Assembly (NCBI GenBank): GCA_029945625.1
Contig: JAQSCW010000023.1
Span: forward strand, 83,885-147,884
Source of the DNA: a bacterium
GTDB taxonomy: Bacteria; Bacteroidota; Bacteroidia; B-17B0; Aurantibacillaceae
Direction of reading: 5' to 3'
Length of the DNA: 64,000 nucleotides
How positions within the stretch are numbered: position 1 is the stretch's first letter; each line of letters starts with the position of its first letter. Below the pieces are notes generated by a model that saw nothing but the letters and a program-made list of their open reading frames with translations, had not been told where the DNA came from and made no database searches. The translations under genes were made by a program, and so were the position numbers. This document shows positions 18,955 to 28,327 of the stretch, piece after piece.

Positions 18955-20524
18955 TTTCTTTACTTAAATGAACTATCATGTCTTTTTCAAAATTGATAAA
19001 AGCCCGGGATGTTATTTTGATGATTTTCGTCTCAAAACCCTCTCCATCCAACGTTGCCGTATATGATTTTAGCGGATTAAGAATCAAAATAAATTTTCCG
19101 GTATCGGAATTGGAATAAAAAGTACCACATACCTGATCCGTTTCATCATCTCTCAAGCTTATTTTTACCCTCGCCGGGCTTTGATCTATAAGGGCATGAC
19201 CAATTTGCACATTCAGGTCGTTCTCACCAAATCGCGTCTCAACTTTATAAATGTCGGTACTCCCCAGTGATTCATCTTTTTGTGAGGAATAATATGCTCT
19301 TTGAGCGTCAACACTGAGCACAAAAAAAATGTCATTGTGGATATCATTGATGGGATATCCAAGATTTTCGGCTGTTCCGAACAGATTGTTCTCTTTATTT
19401 AAAATACTGGAGAACACATCATAATATCCCATGCTATTGTGTCCTTTGCTGCTAAAATACAGGGTCACACCATCCGGATGCAAAAAGGGTGCATCTTCGT
19501 CATATTTTGTATTCACTGTGGGTCCCAGATTGTAAGGCATGCTCCATTTATTAGTGGGTAACTTTTTTATTCTGTAAAGATCTTTTCCGCCAAAACCACC
19601 GGGCCTGTCGCTGCTAAAATAAAACTCCAGGGTATCGCTGCTGAAACAGGCACTGGATTCTACGTACGAAGAATTTATTTCCTGACCCAATAACTTCAAA
19701 GGTTCCCATTTATTTGTGAGTCCCATTTGCGTTTCATAGAGGTCTCCTCCTACAATATCAGCAGCGGTGCGATACACCAGCATGCGTTGCCCGTCGTGGC
19801 TGATTGCTACGCAACCATCATTAGTAGAAGAGTTGAGGGGCTCACCCGCATTTTTTGCCTGTTGCCAGATGCCTTCCACCTGATTGGAAAAGTAGATGTC
19901 TTCATAATATTGATTGTCTCCGTTCTTACGATTTTCTGAGGAGCCTTCGCGCTTGGACGTGAAAAACATGATAGATTCATCGGGCATTATTATGGGCGCG
20001 TAGTCGGGATAGATGGAATTGATAGTTGGCCCCATATTTTTTACAACCGACCTGCGCGGGTTCGCGTAGAATGTACGGGCATTAATGCACATTCCGCTTA
20101 AATAGGCAATTTGTTCATCTGTATGAATACGTTGTTTAGGATTTACCAATTGATAGGCCGTAAGCAAGGAAATAGCTTTATCAAAGGCTTTTTCGTGATG
20201 CGAGATCCAAGCTAAATAATAGGATGCATCGGGAATAGAAGATTTGGCGAGATTGTCTTTCAAAAACAACACACTGTCGGCCATATAATTTAGACTATAC
20301 GCGCACAGGGCGGCATTTACTCCGGCTTTTTCTTCTTTGGGCTCTAATTTTAAAACCTGATTGTAAAGCATCCAGGCCTTTTGATAATCTTCTTCGTCGA
20401 GAGAAAACTGAGCTTCTTTCAAAAGTGCATTACACTGCCGTACTTGTTTTTTAGTTTGAGAAAAAAACAACATACTCCCACAGAGAAATGCGACTAAAAA
20501 GTAGGTATGTCTTTTCTTTTTCAT
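18944..20524 (-). CDS. PorE-like TPR + TolB/PD40 beta-propeller + CRD-like protein lacking an OmpA_C domain
   Basis: 526 aa. Signal peptide, N-terminal TPR-like helices, repeated PD40-like blocks (YFSS.R.GG.GG.DLY, LYFSSKG), and a C-terminal beta-sandwich-like segment. The ORF stops at 18944 without an OmpA-type peptidoglycan-binding module. Confidence 0.6.
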   Translation of the reverse strand: MKKKRHTYFLVAFLCGSMLFFSQTKKQVRQCNALLKEAQFSLDEEDYQKAWMLYNQVLKLEPKEEKAGVNAALCAYSLNYMADSVLFLKDNLAKSSIPDASYYLAWISHHEKAFDKAISLLTAYQLVNPKQRIHTDEQIAYLSGMCINARTFYANPRRSVVKNMGPTINSIYPDYAPIIMPDESIMFFTSKREGSSENRKNGDNQYYEDIYFSNQVEGIWQQAKNAGEPLNSSTNDGCVAISHDGQRMLVYRTAADIVGGDLYETQMGLTNKWEPLKLLGQEINSSYVESSACFSSDTLEFYFSSDRPGGFGGKDLYRIKKLPTNKWSMPYNLGPTVNTKYDEDAPFLHPDGVTLYFSSKGHNSMGYYDVFSSILNKENNLFGTAENLGYPINDIHNDIFFVLSVDAQRAYYSSQKDESLGSTDIYKVETRFGENDLNVQIGHALIDQSPARVKISLRDDETDQVCGTFYSNSDTGKFILILNPLKSYTATLDGEGFETKIIKITSRAFINFEKDMIVHLSKESAQ

Positions 20525-23500
20525 TTATCGCGATAAAAGTACGTCGCCGGTTTTAACCACCCTTTTTCCATCCAAGAAGGTGACCACGACTTTCCAAACA
20601 TACACATCCTGAACGCACAGCACACCTTTGTAATAGCCGTCCCAACCTTCTTTGGGATTTTTTGTTTCAAATAATAATTCGCCCCAGCGTGAATAGATGC
20701 TTAATTCATACTGATCAGCCCCACGTACATTGGGGTGAAAAATATCGTTGCTCCTGTCTTCCGGATCGTACAGTGAACCCGGAGAACCGGCCAAATTAGG
20801 CGTAAAGGCATTTGGAAATTCGAGGGTAGTTTCATTTAGTGCCAAAACCTTTTCGGGCAAAAAGGCGGTATCCCTGCAACCATAATTATTATATGCAATT
20901 AAATAGATTTCAAATTCTCCCGGTTTTGTGTAGAAATAAGTTGGTTCCTTTTCTTTGGAACTTCCTCCGTCTCCAAAGTCCCATAAAAAGGATGTGGCCC
21001 CGATGGACAGGTTAAAACATTTTGTTGGGTCATTGGGAATATACACACTCAAGGGACTGGCCGCAAATTTTGCAGTGGGTTTGGGATGCACTTTAATGAC
21101 TTTAAAGCTAGTGTCACCACACTGATGCACGTCATCGGCGATAAGTTGCACGGTGTAGGTTCTGGTAGAAGTGCCGGAATTCACAAATATATTTTCAACC
21201 TGATCTTTTGAACTGTAACTGCCTGCTTCAAAAGTCCACTGATAATGCACAGCTCCGGCAATTTTTGCGAAGTTTACACGAAGGGGAGTGCAGCCTGTAT
21301 CGGGAGCAGATGAAATAAGAAATTCGGGTTTTGGGTACACAAAGAATTTTACCAGTGCTGTATCTGTACAATTATTAGGGGTACGTGCGATAAGACTTGT
21401 TACATAGGCCACGGTTGTAGCGGAATTGTTCACATATTTTTGTGACACAGTTGCTGTTGCAGTTGAACTTTGTCCGTTACCAAAATCCCAGTTGAAACTA
21501 TTAGCCCCTTCTGAATTATTAATGAACTTAATCACCTTTGGAGTGCACGCGGGTGTATCTAAGGTGAAATCAGCAAAAGGTTTGTAATAGACCAATAGGG
21601 GTTTTGTCACTGAATCCTTACAGCCATTATTATTAAAAGCGAGCAATGTGGCGTTATAACCTTGGTTGATGGCATTGCTGATATTGTTATAGGTATGAGA
21701 GGTACTTTGCAAGGTGGAAGTTCCGCCGTCGCCGTATTTCCAAAAATAGGTATGTGCAAAAGCACCGCTAAAATTTAAGCCGGCATTGAGTGGGGCACAA
21801 CCGTTTGAAGGAATAACCGAAAAATTTGCAATTGGTTTTGCATACACTTTAGGAAATCCCAAGGCGGTATCCAAACAGTTGTAAATAGAAGAACCGATCA
21901 ATTGAACGGTGTAAGTAAGATTATTGATGGAGGTATTGGAATAATTGTGTGATGGATTTAAGAGATTTACGGGCGGGGTGCCATCTCCAAAATTCCAGGT
22001 TTGACTAAATGTGCCTATGGAGAGATTATTAAAATTAATGGTGCGCGAAACACATTTGGGCGTGTCCAAAATAAATTTTGATTCGGGCTTAAAGTAAACC
22101 GTGAGGGGCGCATACACGGAGTCCTTACAACCATTGGGAGAAGTTACAACCAGAAAAGTAGTATAAGGCTGGTTAACCGAGTTGCTGGCGTTCATATAAG
22201 TGTGGCTCACCGAATTTGCAGTTCCGGTATTTAGGACTGACCCATCTCCATATTTCCAGTAAAAGCCGGAGCCTGCGGTACTGCTGGTACCGTTATGAAC
22301 CGATGCAAATGGTGAACATCCTGCAGTAGGGGTAATGGCAATACCCGCAGTAGGTTTTGGAAAAACCACAACTGCTGCTTTTGCTGAATCGATGCAGCCC
22401 GATACATTTCCAGCTATCAATGACACGGTAAAACTGATATTAGATAAACCTGTATTAAGGAAAGTATGGGTGTGCGGTGCATTAATTGTTATCAATTGGG
22501 GAGATCCATCGCCGTGGGTCCACGTGTAACTCGCCACACCGGGAACCGCCGGAAAAGTCACCAACAGCGGATGGCAGCCACTGGATGGCAACATGGTAAA
22601 GGTCACATTTGGTTTTGCGTAAATGATCAGCGACTTACTAATCAAATCGGTGCAACTCACGCTGTTGGTTACTTGCATGGTTACCGTTACGGTTTGTTGA
22701 AACAGGGAGTTATTAGTATAGGTATGTGTGGGATTTTGTTGAATGGACGTGGATCCGTCACCCAATGTCCAGGAGTAGGTGAATCCACCAAGACTGGTAT
22801 TGGTAAAAGTGGCTAAAAATGGCGAGCAGCCGGCATTCACATTGGAAGTGAAATTTGCCACAGGTTTTGGTCGAACAGATATTACTTTTTTAATACTGTC
22901 AGCACAACCTATTCCCGTAGTGGAAATAAGTGTGACGGTGTAATTGACAAAGTTGAGGGTTGTATTCGAAAAATTATAAGTTGGGTTTGTAACAGAAGAT
23001 GTGGCGGATCCCGCAGTTTCATATTTCCAGAGCGAAGAATTTCCGTTTATCGTTGTATTCGAAAAACTTACTGCTAATGGCGGACACCCCAGCGTTGGTG
23101 TTGGAATAAAATTAGCGGTGGGCTTAATGTTGAGCAAGATGGGCAGTGAAATTGAGTCGGTACAGAAGGCAGATAATGCTACTAATTTTACGGTGTAGGT
23201 TGCTGGTGCTGTATAGGTATGAATTGGATTCACAGAGTTAGAGGTGGCCGAGCCGTCATCAAAATTCCAAACATAGGTTGTGATGGAGTTAGTGCCGCCC
23301 GTAGGCGTAGAAGTATTGGTAAAATTGACGGGTGATCCCACACACGCCGAAAGCTGAACAAAATTTGGAAGAGGTTTTGGCCGAACAACAAGTGCGGAGG
23401 TAAACGTGTGTGAGCAAGTTGTTGTGCCGGTAACTACTAATGTAGCAACGAAAGTTCCGGGCACCAAATAATTTTGAGGGGGAGGCGAGGATGAAGTACT

Positions 23501-24814
23501 TATATTTCCATTTCCGAAATTCCAATTCCACGTAACTGCACTCGTTGATAAATCGCTAAAAACTGCGCCAATTATGGTGTTACAACCTGTTGACGGATTT
23601 ACCGAAAAGTTGGAAACGGGTGAGGGTAAGATATTAATGATGGCGATGGAGGTATCGGAACAAGAAGTGCCGCCACCTGAAACCTGACAAACTAATTTTA
23701 CAGTGTAAGTACCCGGCACGCTATATGAATTGCTTTTATTTCCACTTCCCAAATTTTGAAACCCGCCTCCGTTTCCAAAATTCCAGAGGTAGCTCCGGCC
23801 GGGTGTACTGGCATTTGTAAATGTAACAGGAGTGTTCTGACATAAATTTCCGGTGGGTGCGATCAATGACGCAGTGGGCGGACTTACAATGCTTACAACA
23901 ATGTTGGTGACATCGATGCCGCACAAATTACTATCAATTAAGGTGACGGAGTAGGTTCCAATGCCGGGATAGGCTACTATTCTAGAACTACTAGGCGGCC
24001 AAGGATTCCAACCCACAATTGAATCTCCGCCCATTCCCCAGTAATTTCCAAAATTCCACCTTTCCTGGCGCTGAAAAGTATTGCCTTGAGGTACACAATT
24101 TCGCGCGGTGGTATTTTGAAAGGAAAAAGTATTGTCGGGCCAGCACCTCACTATACGGTCGGCGGTAACGGCCGCCACATCGGTGTCAAACACATACAGG
24201 GGATTTACTTGCCCCTGTGTTGGTGCACCAAACGTGCAAAAGTTCTTTGCCAGCAAGATTACTTGCGTTTGACAACTTACCGTGCCTTTTAAATAGGTAT
24301 GCGTTACGCTTTGTGCCGAATTGGTATAGGAATGAACTTCTAAGGGACTACCGTCACCAAAATTCCATGTATAAGAAGTAGTTGCACTTGTAAATGTGCT
24401 CACGTTGGTAAATGTGAGGGTTTTTGGGGCACAAGCAAGCGCCACGCCGCCTGCCACAATAATGCCGGCGAACACCGGTTGTTCTACCGCCACAAACCCG
24501 GTGGTGGTGCAATTCTGACTGGGTATCATTAATGTTATGGCATAGGTGGCGGTGGTAGCAGCATAGGTGTGTCCAATAACGCTGTTGGCAAGATAGGATC
24601 CTCCATTAGTTACCGGGGATGCATCACCCCAGTTGATGGTATAAGCGCCCCAATTTGAACTTGAAACTAAATTAAGAGCATAAGAACTTCCATTACAACT
24701 TATGAAGCGCGGAGTGGTAGTGGGCGTACCTAGGTAATCGTAAATCAGCGGGCATTGCGCTTTACCCGAAGAGGAAATTAAAACAAGAAGAAAAAAACAC
24801 AAACGCTTTTTCAT
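20525..24814 (-). CDS. Large PKD-repeat surface protein with T9SS type B (gliding-motility-associated) C-terminal domain
   Basis: 1429 aa with a signal peptide. About 15 modules carrying W-x-[FY]-G-[DN]-G motifs (WNFGDG, WKYGDG, WDFGNG...). The C-terminal about 95 aa (FPNAFTPN...DIFHP...YELSIYSRWGELLFE...GWDGYYKG...VYVWKV) matches the type B CTD pattern. Confidence 0.85.
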   Translation of the reverse strand: MKKRLCFFLLVLISSSGKAQCPLIYDYLGTPTTTPRFISCNGSSYALNLVSSSNWGAYTINWGDASPVTNGGSYLANSVIGHTYAATTATYAITLMIPSQNCTTTGFVAVEQPVFAGIIVAGGVALACAPKTLTFTNVSTFTSATTSYTWNFGDGSPLEVHSYTNSAQSVTHTYLKGTVSCQTQVILLAKNFCTFGAPTQGQVNPLYVFDTDVAAVTADRIVRCWPDNTFSFQNTTARNCVPQGNTFQRQERWNFGNYWGMGGDSIVGWNPWPPSSSRIVAYPGIGTYSVTLIDSNLCGIDVTNIVVSIVSPPTASLIAPTGNLCQNTPVTFTNASTPGRSYLWNFGNGGGFQNLGSGNKSNSYSVPGTYTVKLVCQVSGGGTSCSDTSIAIINILPSPVSNFSVNPSTGCNTIIGAVFSDLSTSAVTWNWNFGNGNISTSSSPPPQNYLVPGTFVATLVVTGTTTCSHTFTSALVVRPKPLPNFVQLSACVGSPVNFTNTSTPTGGTNSITTYVWNFDDGSATSNSVNPIHTYTAPATYTVKLVALSAFCTDSISLPILLNIKPTANFIPTPTLGCPPLAVSFSNTTINGNSSLWKYETAGSATSSVTNPTYNFSNTTLNFVNYTVTLISTTGIGCADSIKKVISVRPKPVANFTSNVNAGCSPFLATFTNTSLGGFTYSWTLGDGSTSIQQNPTHTYTNNSLFQQTVTVTMQVTNSVSCTDLISKSLIIYAKPNVTFTMLPSSGCHPLLVTFPAVPGVASYTWTHGDGSPQLITINAPHTHTFLNTGLSNISFTVSLIAGNVSGCIDSAKAAVVVFPKPTAGIAITPTAGCSPFASVHNGTSSTAGSGFYWKYGDGSVLNTGTANSVSHTYMNASNSVNQPYTTFLVVTSPNGCKDSVYAPLTVYFKPESKFILDTPKCVSRTINFNNLSIGTFSQTWNFGDGTPPVNLLNPSHNYSNTSINNLTYTVQLIGSSIYNCLDTALGFPKVYAKPIANFSVIPSNGCAPLNAGLNFSGAFAHTYFWKYGDGGTSTLQSTSHTYNNISNAINQGYNATLLAFNNNGCKDSVTKPLLVYYKPFADFTLDTPACTPKVIKFINNSEGANSFNWDFGNGQSSTATATVSQKYVNNSATTVAYVTSLIARTPNNCTDTALVKFFVYPKPEFLISSAPDTGCTPLRVNFAKIAGAVHYQWTFEAGSYSSKDQVENIFVNSGTSTRTYTVQLIADDVHQCGDTSFKVIKVHPKPTAKFAASPLSVYIPNDPTKCFNLSIGATSFLWDFGDGGSSKEKEPTYFYTKPGEFEIYLIAYNNYGCRDTAFLPEKVLALNETTLEFPNAFTPNLAGSPGSLYDPEDRSNDIFHPNVRGADQYELSIYSRWGELLFETKNPKEGWDGYYKGVLCVQDVYVWKVVVTFLDGKRVVKTGDVLLSR

Positions 24815-24829
24815 GGGCCATCATTCACT

Positions 24830-25199
24830 ATGCAAGTTTGTAAGCCGGGTTCTGTTTCATTATCCGTTGCCGAACAATATATCTACCATTTATCTATGCG
24901 ACCTACCCATTGCGGCTTTCATTTCTGAAATAAGACGGGTCGCCTTACATCCGCAATCTATTTGGCCTTTCAACATCCGAGGTTTACCCAACAAAAGCAT
25001 TACTGCTTCTGCTTGTGAGCTCTTACCTCACATTTTCACTATCACCCCGAGACAAGCTCGTGGCTACTTCGTTTTCTGTGGCACTTTCTGTTACAAAACC
25101 ATTTCTGTTTTCGTACCCACCTTTTCAGGCGGCGGATTACCCTGTGTTGCCCGGACTTTCCTCCACGAGTGTGACCCCGCGGCGGTAGAACAACTTGCA
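24830..25199 (-). ncRNA. rnpB: RNase P RNA, bacterial type A
   Basis: The minus strand reads GGAGGAAAGUCCGGGC (25164-25149) and ACAGAACCCGGCUUA (24855-24841), the two P4 strands. It also has GUAAGAGCUCACAAGC, GGGUAAACCUCGG and AGAUAAAUGGU blocks. The termini GCAAGUUGU / ACAAACUUGC can pair as P1. About 370 nt; ends are approximate. Confidence 0.92.
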
Positions 25200-25201
25200 C
25201 C

Positions 25202-25209
25202 TAAATATA
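25202..25209 (-). promoter_or_regulatory. Candidate -7 promoter box for rnpB
   Basis: The minus strand reads TATATTTA (one mismatch to TAnnTTTG) a few nt upstream of the predicted P1 5' end. Confidence 0.4.
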
Positions 25210-25293
25210 CGAAAATTGGGGAAAAGGTGGCGAAACATTTTTAAAATTAGACGAACAAACAAATCGTTTCGATGAGAACCCTCATAAAAAGCA

Positions 25294-25929
25294 TTACCGT
25301 ACACCTTCTCTTATGTCGAGGGCTTCACGAATAACATCCTGAATGGTATAATAGGTGTCGCCGAGCACCTGAGATTCAATTTCCTTTTTTGATAACCATT
25401 TCACTTTATCAATATGTTCCTCGGTTTGAGCCACCAACTTCTTATCGTATTCAGTACGCATGTAAAACCAGTAGGATTGTTTTAGGGCAAAGCCTCCTTT
25501 GTAGGAGTAAATGTGATAGGTTGAGGAAAGTGGTCGCACGATCTTCAATTTTCGCACACCCGATTCTTCTTCACATTCACGAACGGCACAGGCCTCTATT
25601 GTTTCACCTTTTTCCAATTTTCCTTTTGGCAAATCCCAGCGCCCTAGCCGATGGATGCACAGAAATTCTTTGTCCTTTTCAATAAACCCCCCTGCCGCTT
25701 CAATATAAAAGAAGTGTTTTTTTAGTCGTTTTAGTATTGAATCAAAGTCCTGATTGAGCAAACCCAATGATTTTAAATTGGACTCTTCTAAAAATTCGTG
25801 AATAATATTTTTAAGTACAAGATCATTCTCAATCGTGTTGTAAACTTTAATTGGTTGATTTTGGGCAAATTGTAATATTGTATCTGAAAACTCTATGAAT
25901 TTATCTTTGAAATATATTTTTCTGTTCAT
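25294..25929 (-). CDS. NUDIX hydrolase
   Basis: 211 aa. Nudix box GKLEKGETIEACAVRECEEESGV. Confidence 0.85.
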   Translation of the reverse strand: MNRKIYFKDKFIEFSDTILQFAQNQPIKVYNTIENDLVLKNIIHEFLEESNLKSLGLLNQDFDSILKRLKKHFFYIEAAGGFIEKDKEFLCIHRLGRWDLPKGKLEKGETIEACAVRECEEESGVRKLKIVRPLSSTYHIYSYKGGFALKQSYWFYMRTEYDKKLVAQTEEHIDKVKWLSKKEIESQVLGDTYYTIQDVIREALDIREGVR

Positions 25930-25960
25930 AAATATCTAAATTTGGAAGAAATCAAAGATT

Positions 25961-25968
25961 TAAATTTG
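25961..25968 (+). promoter_or_regulatory. Candidate -7 promoter box (TAnnTTTG) for pyrE
   Basis: TAAATTTG ends 5 nt before the ATG at 25973. A second copy lies at 25937-25944. Confidence 0.3.
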
Positions 25969-25972
25969 CTGT

Positions 25973-26626
25973 ATGACATCGTTCGACGACGCAGAGTACA
26001 AAGTTGCTGAATATTTATTACAAATAAAAGCCGTAAAACTTCAACCCGACAAGCCATTTACGTGGGCTAGCGGAATAAAGTCACCAATTTACTGTGACAA
26101 CCGGAAAACTCTTTCTTATCCAAAGATCAGAAATTATATCCGTCAGCATTTTGTGGAAGTGATCAACGAGCATTTTGTAAAGCCCGATGTGATAGCCGGC
26201 GTGGCCACCGGGGGAATCGCAATTGGCGCGCTAGTGGCTCAGGAACTGGGACTTCCTTTTATTTACGTGAGAAGTGAAGCAAAAAAGCATGGACTTACGA
26301 ATATGATAGAAGGGGAAGTGGCCGCAGGACAAACGGTAGTGGTGATCGAGGATTTGATTAGCACCGGGGGAAGCAGCTTAAAAGCGGTAGAAGCACTGCG
26401 TGAAAAAGGTTGCACTGTAAAAGGAATGGTGGCTATCTTTACCTATGGGTTTGAGCAGGCAACTCAGAATTTCAAAAAAGCCAAATGCAATGTAAAAACA
26501 CTTACTAATTACGATACTCTCGTAAAAGCCGCAGCCGAACGAGGATATATTGACGAAAAAAACATCAAGAGCTTACAAGAATGGCGAGCCAACCCCGAGA
26601 CATGGGGCGAAGCTTTGGTCAAATAA
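25973..26626 (+). CDS. pyrE: Orotate phosphoribosyltransferase
   Basis: 217 aa. PRPP-binding motif VVVIEDLISTGGS and typical PyrE N-terminal FTWASGIKSPIYCDNR. Confidence 0.92.
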   Translation: MTSFDDAEYKVAEYLLQIKAVKLQPDKPFTWASGIKSPIYCDNRKTLSYPKIRNYIRQHFVEVINEHFVKPDVIAGVATGGIAIGALVAQELGLPFIYVRSEAKKHGLTNMIEGEVAAGQTVVVIEDLISTGGSSLKAVEALREKGCTVKGMVAIFTYGFEQATQNFKKAKCNVKTLTNYDTLVKAAAERGYIDEKNIKSLQEWRANPETWGEALVK

Positions 26627-26646
26627 TTCGGAAACATCTTTAAAAA

Positions 26647-26672
26647 ATGCATACTTTTGGTATGCATTTTTA
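26647..26672 (+). terminator. Intrinsic terminator after pyrE
   Basis: Perfect 8-bp stem ATGCATAC / GTATGCAT with loop TTTTG, followed by TTTT. It is preceded by an A-run, so it may work in both directions. Confidence 0.7.
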
Positions 26673-26682
26673 ATTTGAGATA

Positions 26683-27408
26683 ATGAGATCTTTTATCGTG
26701 GCGCTAATTTCTGTTGTATTCAACAGTTTTGTAGTGTCCGCACAAACTCCCGAAAATTCAGTCGTAGGCAAACACGTTATTGAAGTGACGGGAACCGCTG
26801 AAACTGAAGTTACTCCCGATGAAATTTATATTACGATTACCCTTCTTGAACGGAATGAAGGCAAAGACAAAGTGAGTATTGATAAGCAGGAGGCGGATTT
26901 GAGACAACTTGTAAAAGACCTAGGCATTGATGCGGGGAATCTAACTCTCGCTAAAGCTGATGCTGACTACCGAAAGATCAAAAGTTTTAAGAGAGATGTC
27001 ATGATCTCTAAATCCTATTTATTAAAAATAAACAATGCCGAACTGTTGTCGAAAGTGTACGAACGACTTGATAAAATGAATGCACAGGATGCTTTTGTTT
27101 CAAAGTACACACATTCCGGGATCCTCGAACTGCAGAAAGAAAACAGGATAAAAGCGATTAAAGCAGCTAAGGAGAAAGTGGATTACCTGTTGTCCGCCAT
27201 TGGTCAGCAAGCCGGCCAAGCCCTACAAATCACAGAGTCGGCAAATTATGTAGAAGATGGTGCTTACCCCATGCCCCGGAATGCGTACCTCAATGCAAGC
27301 CAATCAATGGCCGATGGTAATCCTGCCGGAGATACTCAGGAACTTTCTTTTAAGAAAATAAAAATACGATCAAGTTTTATAGTGAAATACGAAATCTTAA
27401 ATAAATAA
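26683..27408 (+). CDS. SIMPL (DUF541) domain periplasmic protein
   Basis: 241 aa. Signal peptide, then VIEVTGTAETEVTPDEIYITITL, typical of the SIMPL family. Confidence 0.75.
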   Translation: MRSFIVALISVVFNSFVVSAQTPENSVVGKHVIEVTGTAETEVTPDEIYITITLLERNEGKDKVSIDKQEADLRQLVKDLGIDAGNLTLAKADADYRKIKSFKRDVMISKSYLLKINNAELLSKVYERLDKMNAQDAFVSKYTHSGILELQKENRIKAIKAAKEKVDYLLSAIGQQAGQALQITESANYVEDGAYPMPRNAYLNASQSMADGNPAGDTQELSFKKIKIRSSFIVKYEILNK

Positions 27409-27410
27409 CC

Positions 27411-27821
27411 TTGGCTGAATTTACTATTAATAGCGAAACCCATGATACACAATCGAACCTCAAAAGTCTGTTTGAATTTTTGATCGACTTTCGAAATTTC
27501 AAGTCGATATTACCCGAAGAAAAGGTTGAAAATTTTGAATTCACCACCGAGCAATGCTCCTTTTCAATTAAAGGCGTTACTCCCATGACGATTACTCTAA
27601 AAGAAAAACATCCCTTCAGCTATGTGATCTTTCAAAGTGACGGACTGGCTAAATTTAATTTCAGTTTGAAGGTAAATCTCCTAGGCGATCCTGATCACAA
27701 AGGCAAATGTCAGATAGATCTGATAGGTGACCTAAATCCTTTTATTAAAACAATGGTTGAAAAACAATTGAGTGCGTTGGTCAATACAATGTCGTCTCGA
27801 CTATCGGTTTTAGCAATTTAA
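27411..27821 (+). CDS. Hypothetical protein, possibly SRPBCC-like
   Basis: 136 aa ORF with a TTG start directly after the SIMPL stop. Mixed beta/terminal-helix pattern. No motif recognised. Confidence 0.4.
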   Translation: MAEFTINSETHDTQSNLKSLFEFLIDFRNFKSILPEEKVENFEFTTEQCSFSIKGVTPMTITLKEKHPFSYVIFQSDGLAKFNFSLKVNLLGDPDHKGKCQIDLIGDLNPFIKTMVEKQLSALVNTMSSRLSVLAI

Positions 27822-27842
27822 GCCCTTTCACTTCTAGTTCTT

Positions 27843-28136
27843 ATGGACAAACAAAAACAAATTAACGCCGCCATTCAATTATTGCCAATAGGCGCCGGCA
27901 ACACAAAATATCAATTAATCGATGCGGCGATTGCCACGATCAAGGCCAGCGGACTTCACTTTAAAGTATGCCCATTTGAAACAGTAGTAGAGGGGCCGAG
28001 TGATAAAGTATACGCACTCATTCAACATATACAGGAACAAACTCTTGGAAGCGACTGTCCTGAAATATTGATCAACATTAAGATCCACGCAGCTACCCGC
28101 GATTTGGGTTTTGCGGAAAAGCTGGAGAAATACTGA
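27843..28136 (+). CDS. MTH1187/YkoF-like thiamine-binding family protein (DUF77)
   Basis: 97 aa. INAAIQLLPIG...YQLIDAAIATIKASGLHFKVCPFETVVEG fits the ferredoxin-like YkoF/MTH1187 pattern. Confidence 0.65.
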   Translation: MDKQKQINAAIQLLPIGAGNTKYQLIDAAIATIKASGLHFKVCPFETVVEGPSDKVYALIQHIQEQTLGSDCPEILINIKIHAATRDLGFAEKLEKY

Positions 28137-28151
28137 GGCCCTCAATTTAAC

Positions 28152-28283
28152 CCCGTCCGACTGGGCCAAAAATCAAACTATGTCGGCCGGGCGGGCACTA
28201 AGACACTTAGTGCACTCAGGAACTCTAAGAGGCAAAAACTCCGCCCGGCTAGAATAAAAATCATTTTGTGCCGTTCGGACGGG
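28152..28283. repeat. Triply nested perfect inverted repeats (long hairpin element)
   Basis: Outer arms CCCGTCCGA (28152-28160) / TCGGACGGG (28275-28283). Middle arms GCCGGGCGG (28186-28194) / CCGCCCGGC (28241-28249). Inner arms CACTAAG-ACA-CTTAGTG (28196-28212). Confidence 0.85.
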
Positions 28284-28327
28284 CGCGGAGATCGCTAAGA
28301 AAGCCCAATTGCGCATAGAAAATTGAA

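Noticed and set aside
24813-25244. 143-aa plus-strand ORF filling the gap between the adhesin and NUDIX genes
   Set aside because: The opposite strand encodes RNase P RNA with its universal P4 sequences. The ORF has no recognisable motifs and an odd composition, so I treat it as spurious.
27822-27842. TPP riboswitch upstream of the thiamine-binding-family gene
   Set aside because: Only 21 nt separate it from the preceding gene, which is too short for an aptamer, and no conserved TPP-riboswitch sequence is visible.
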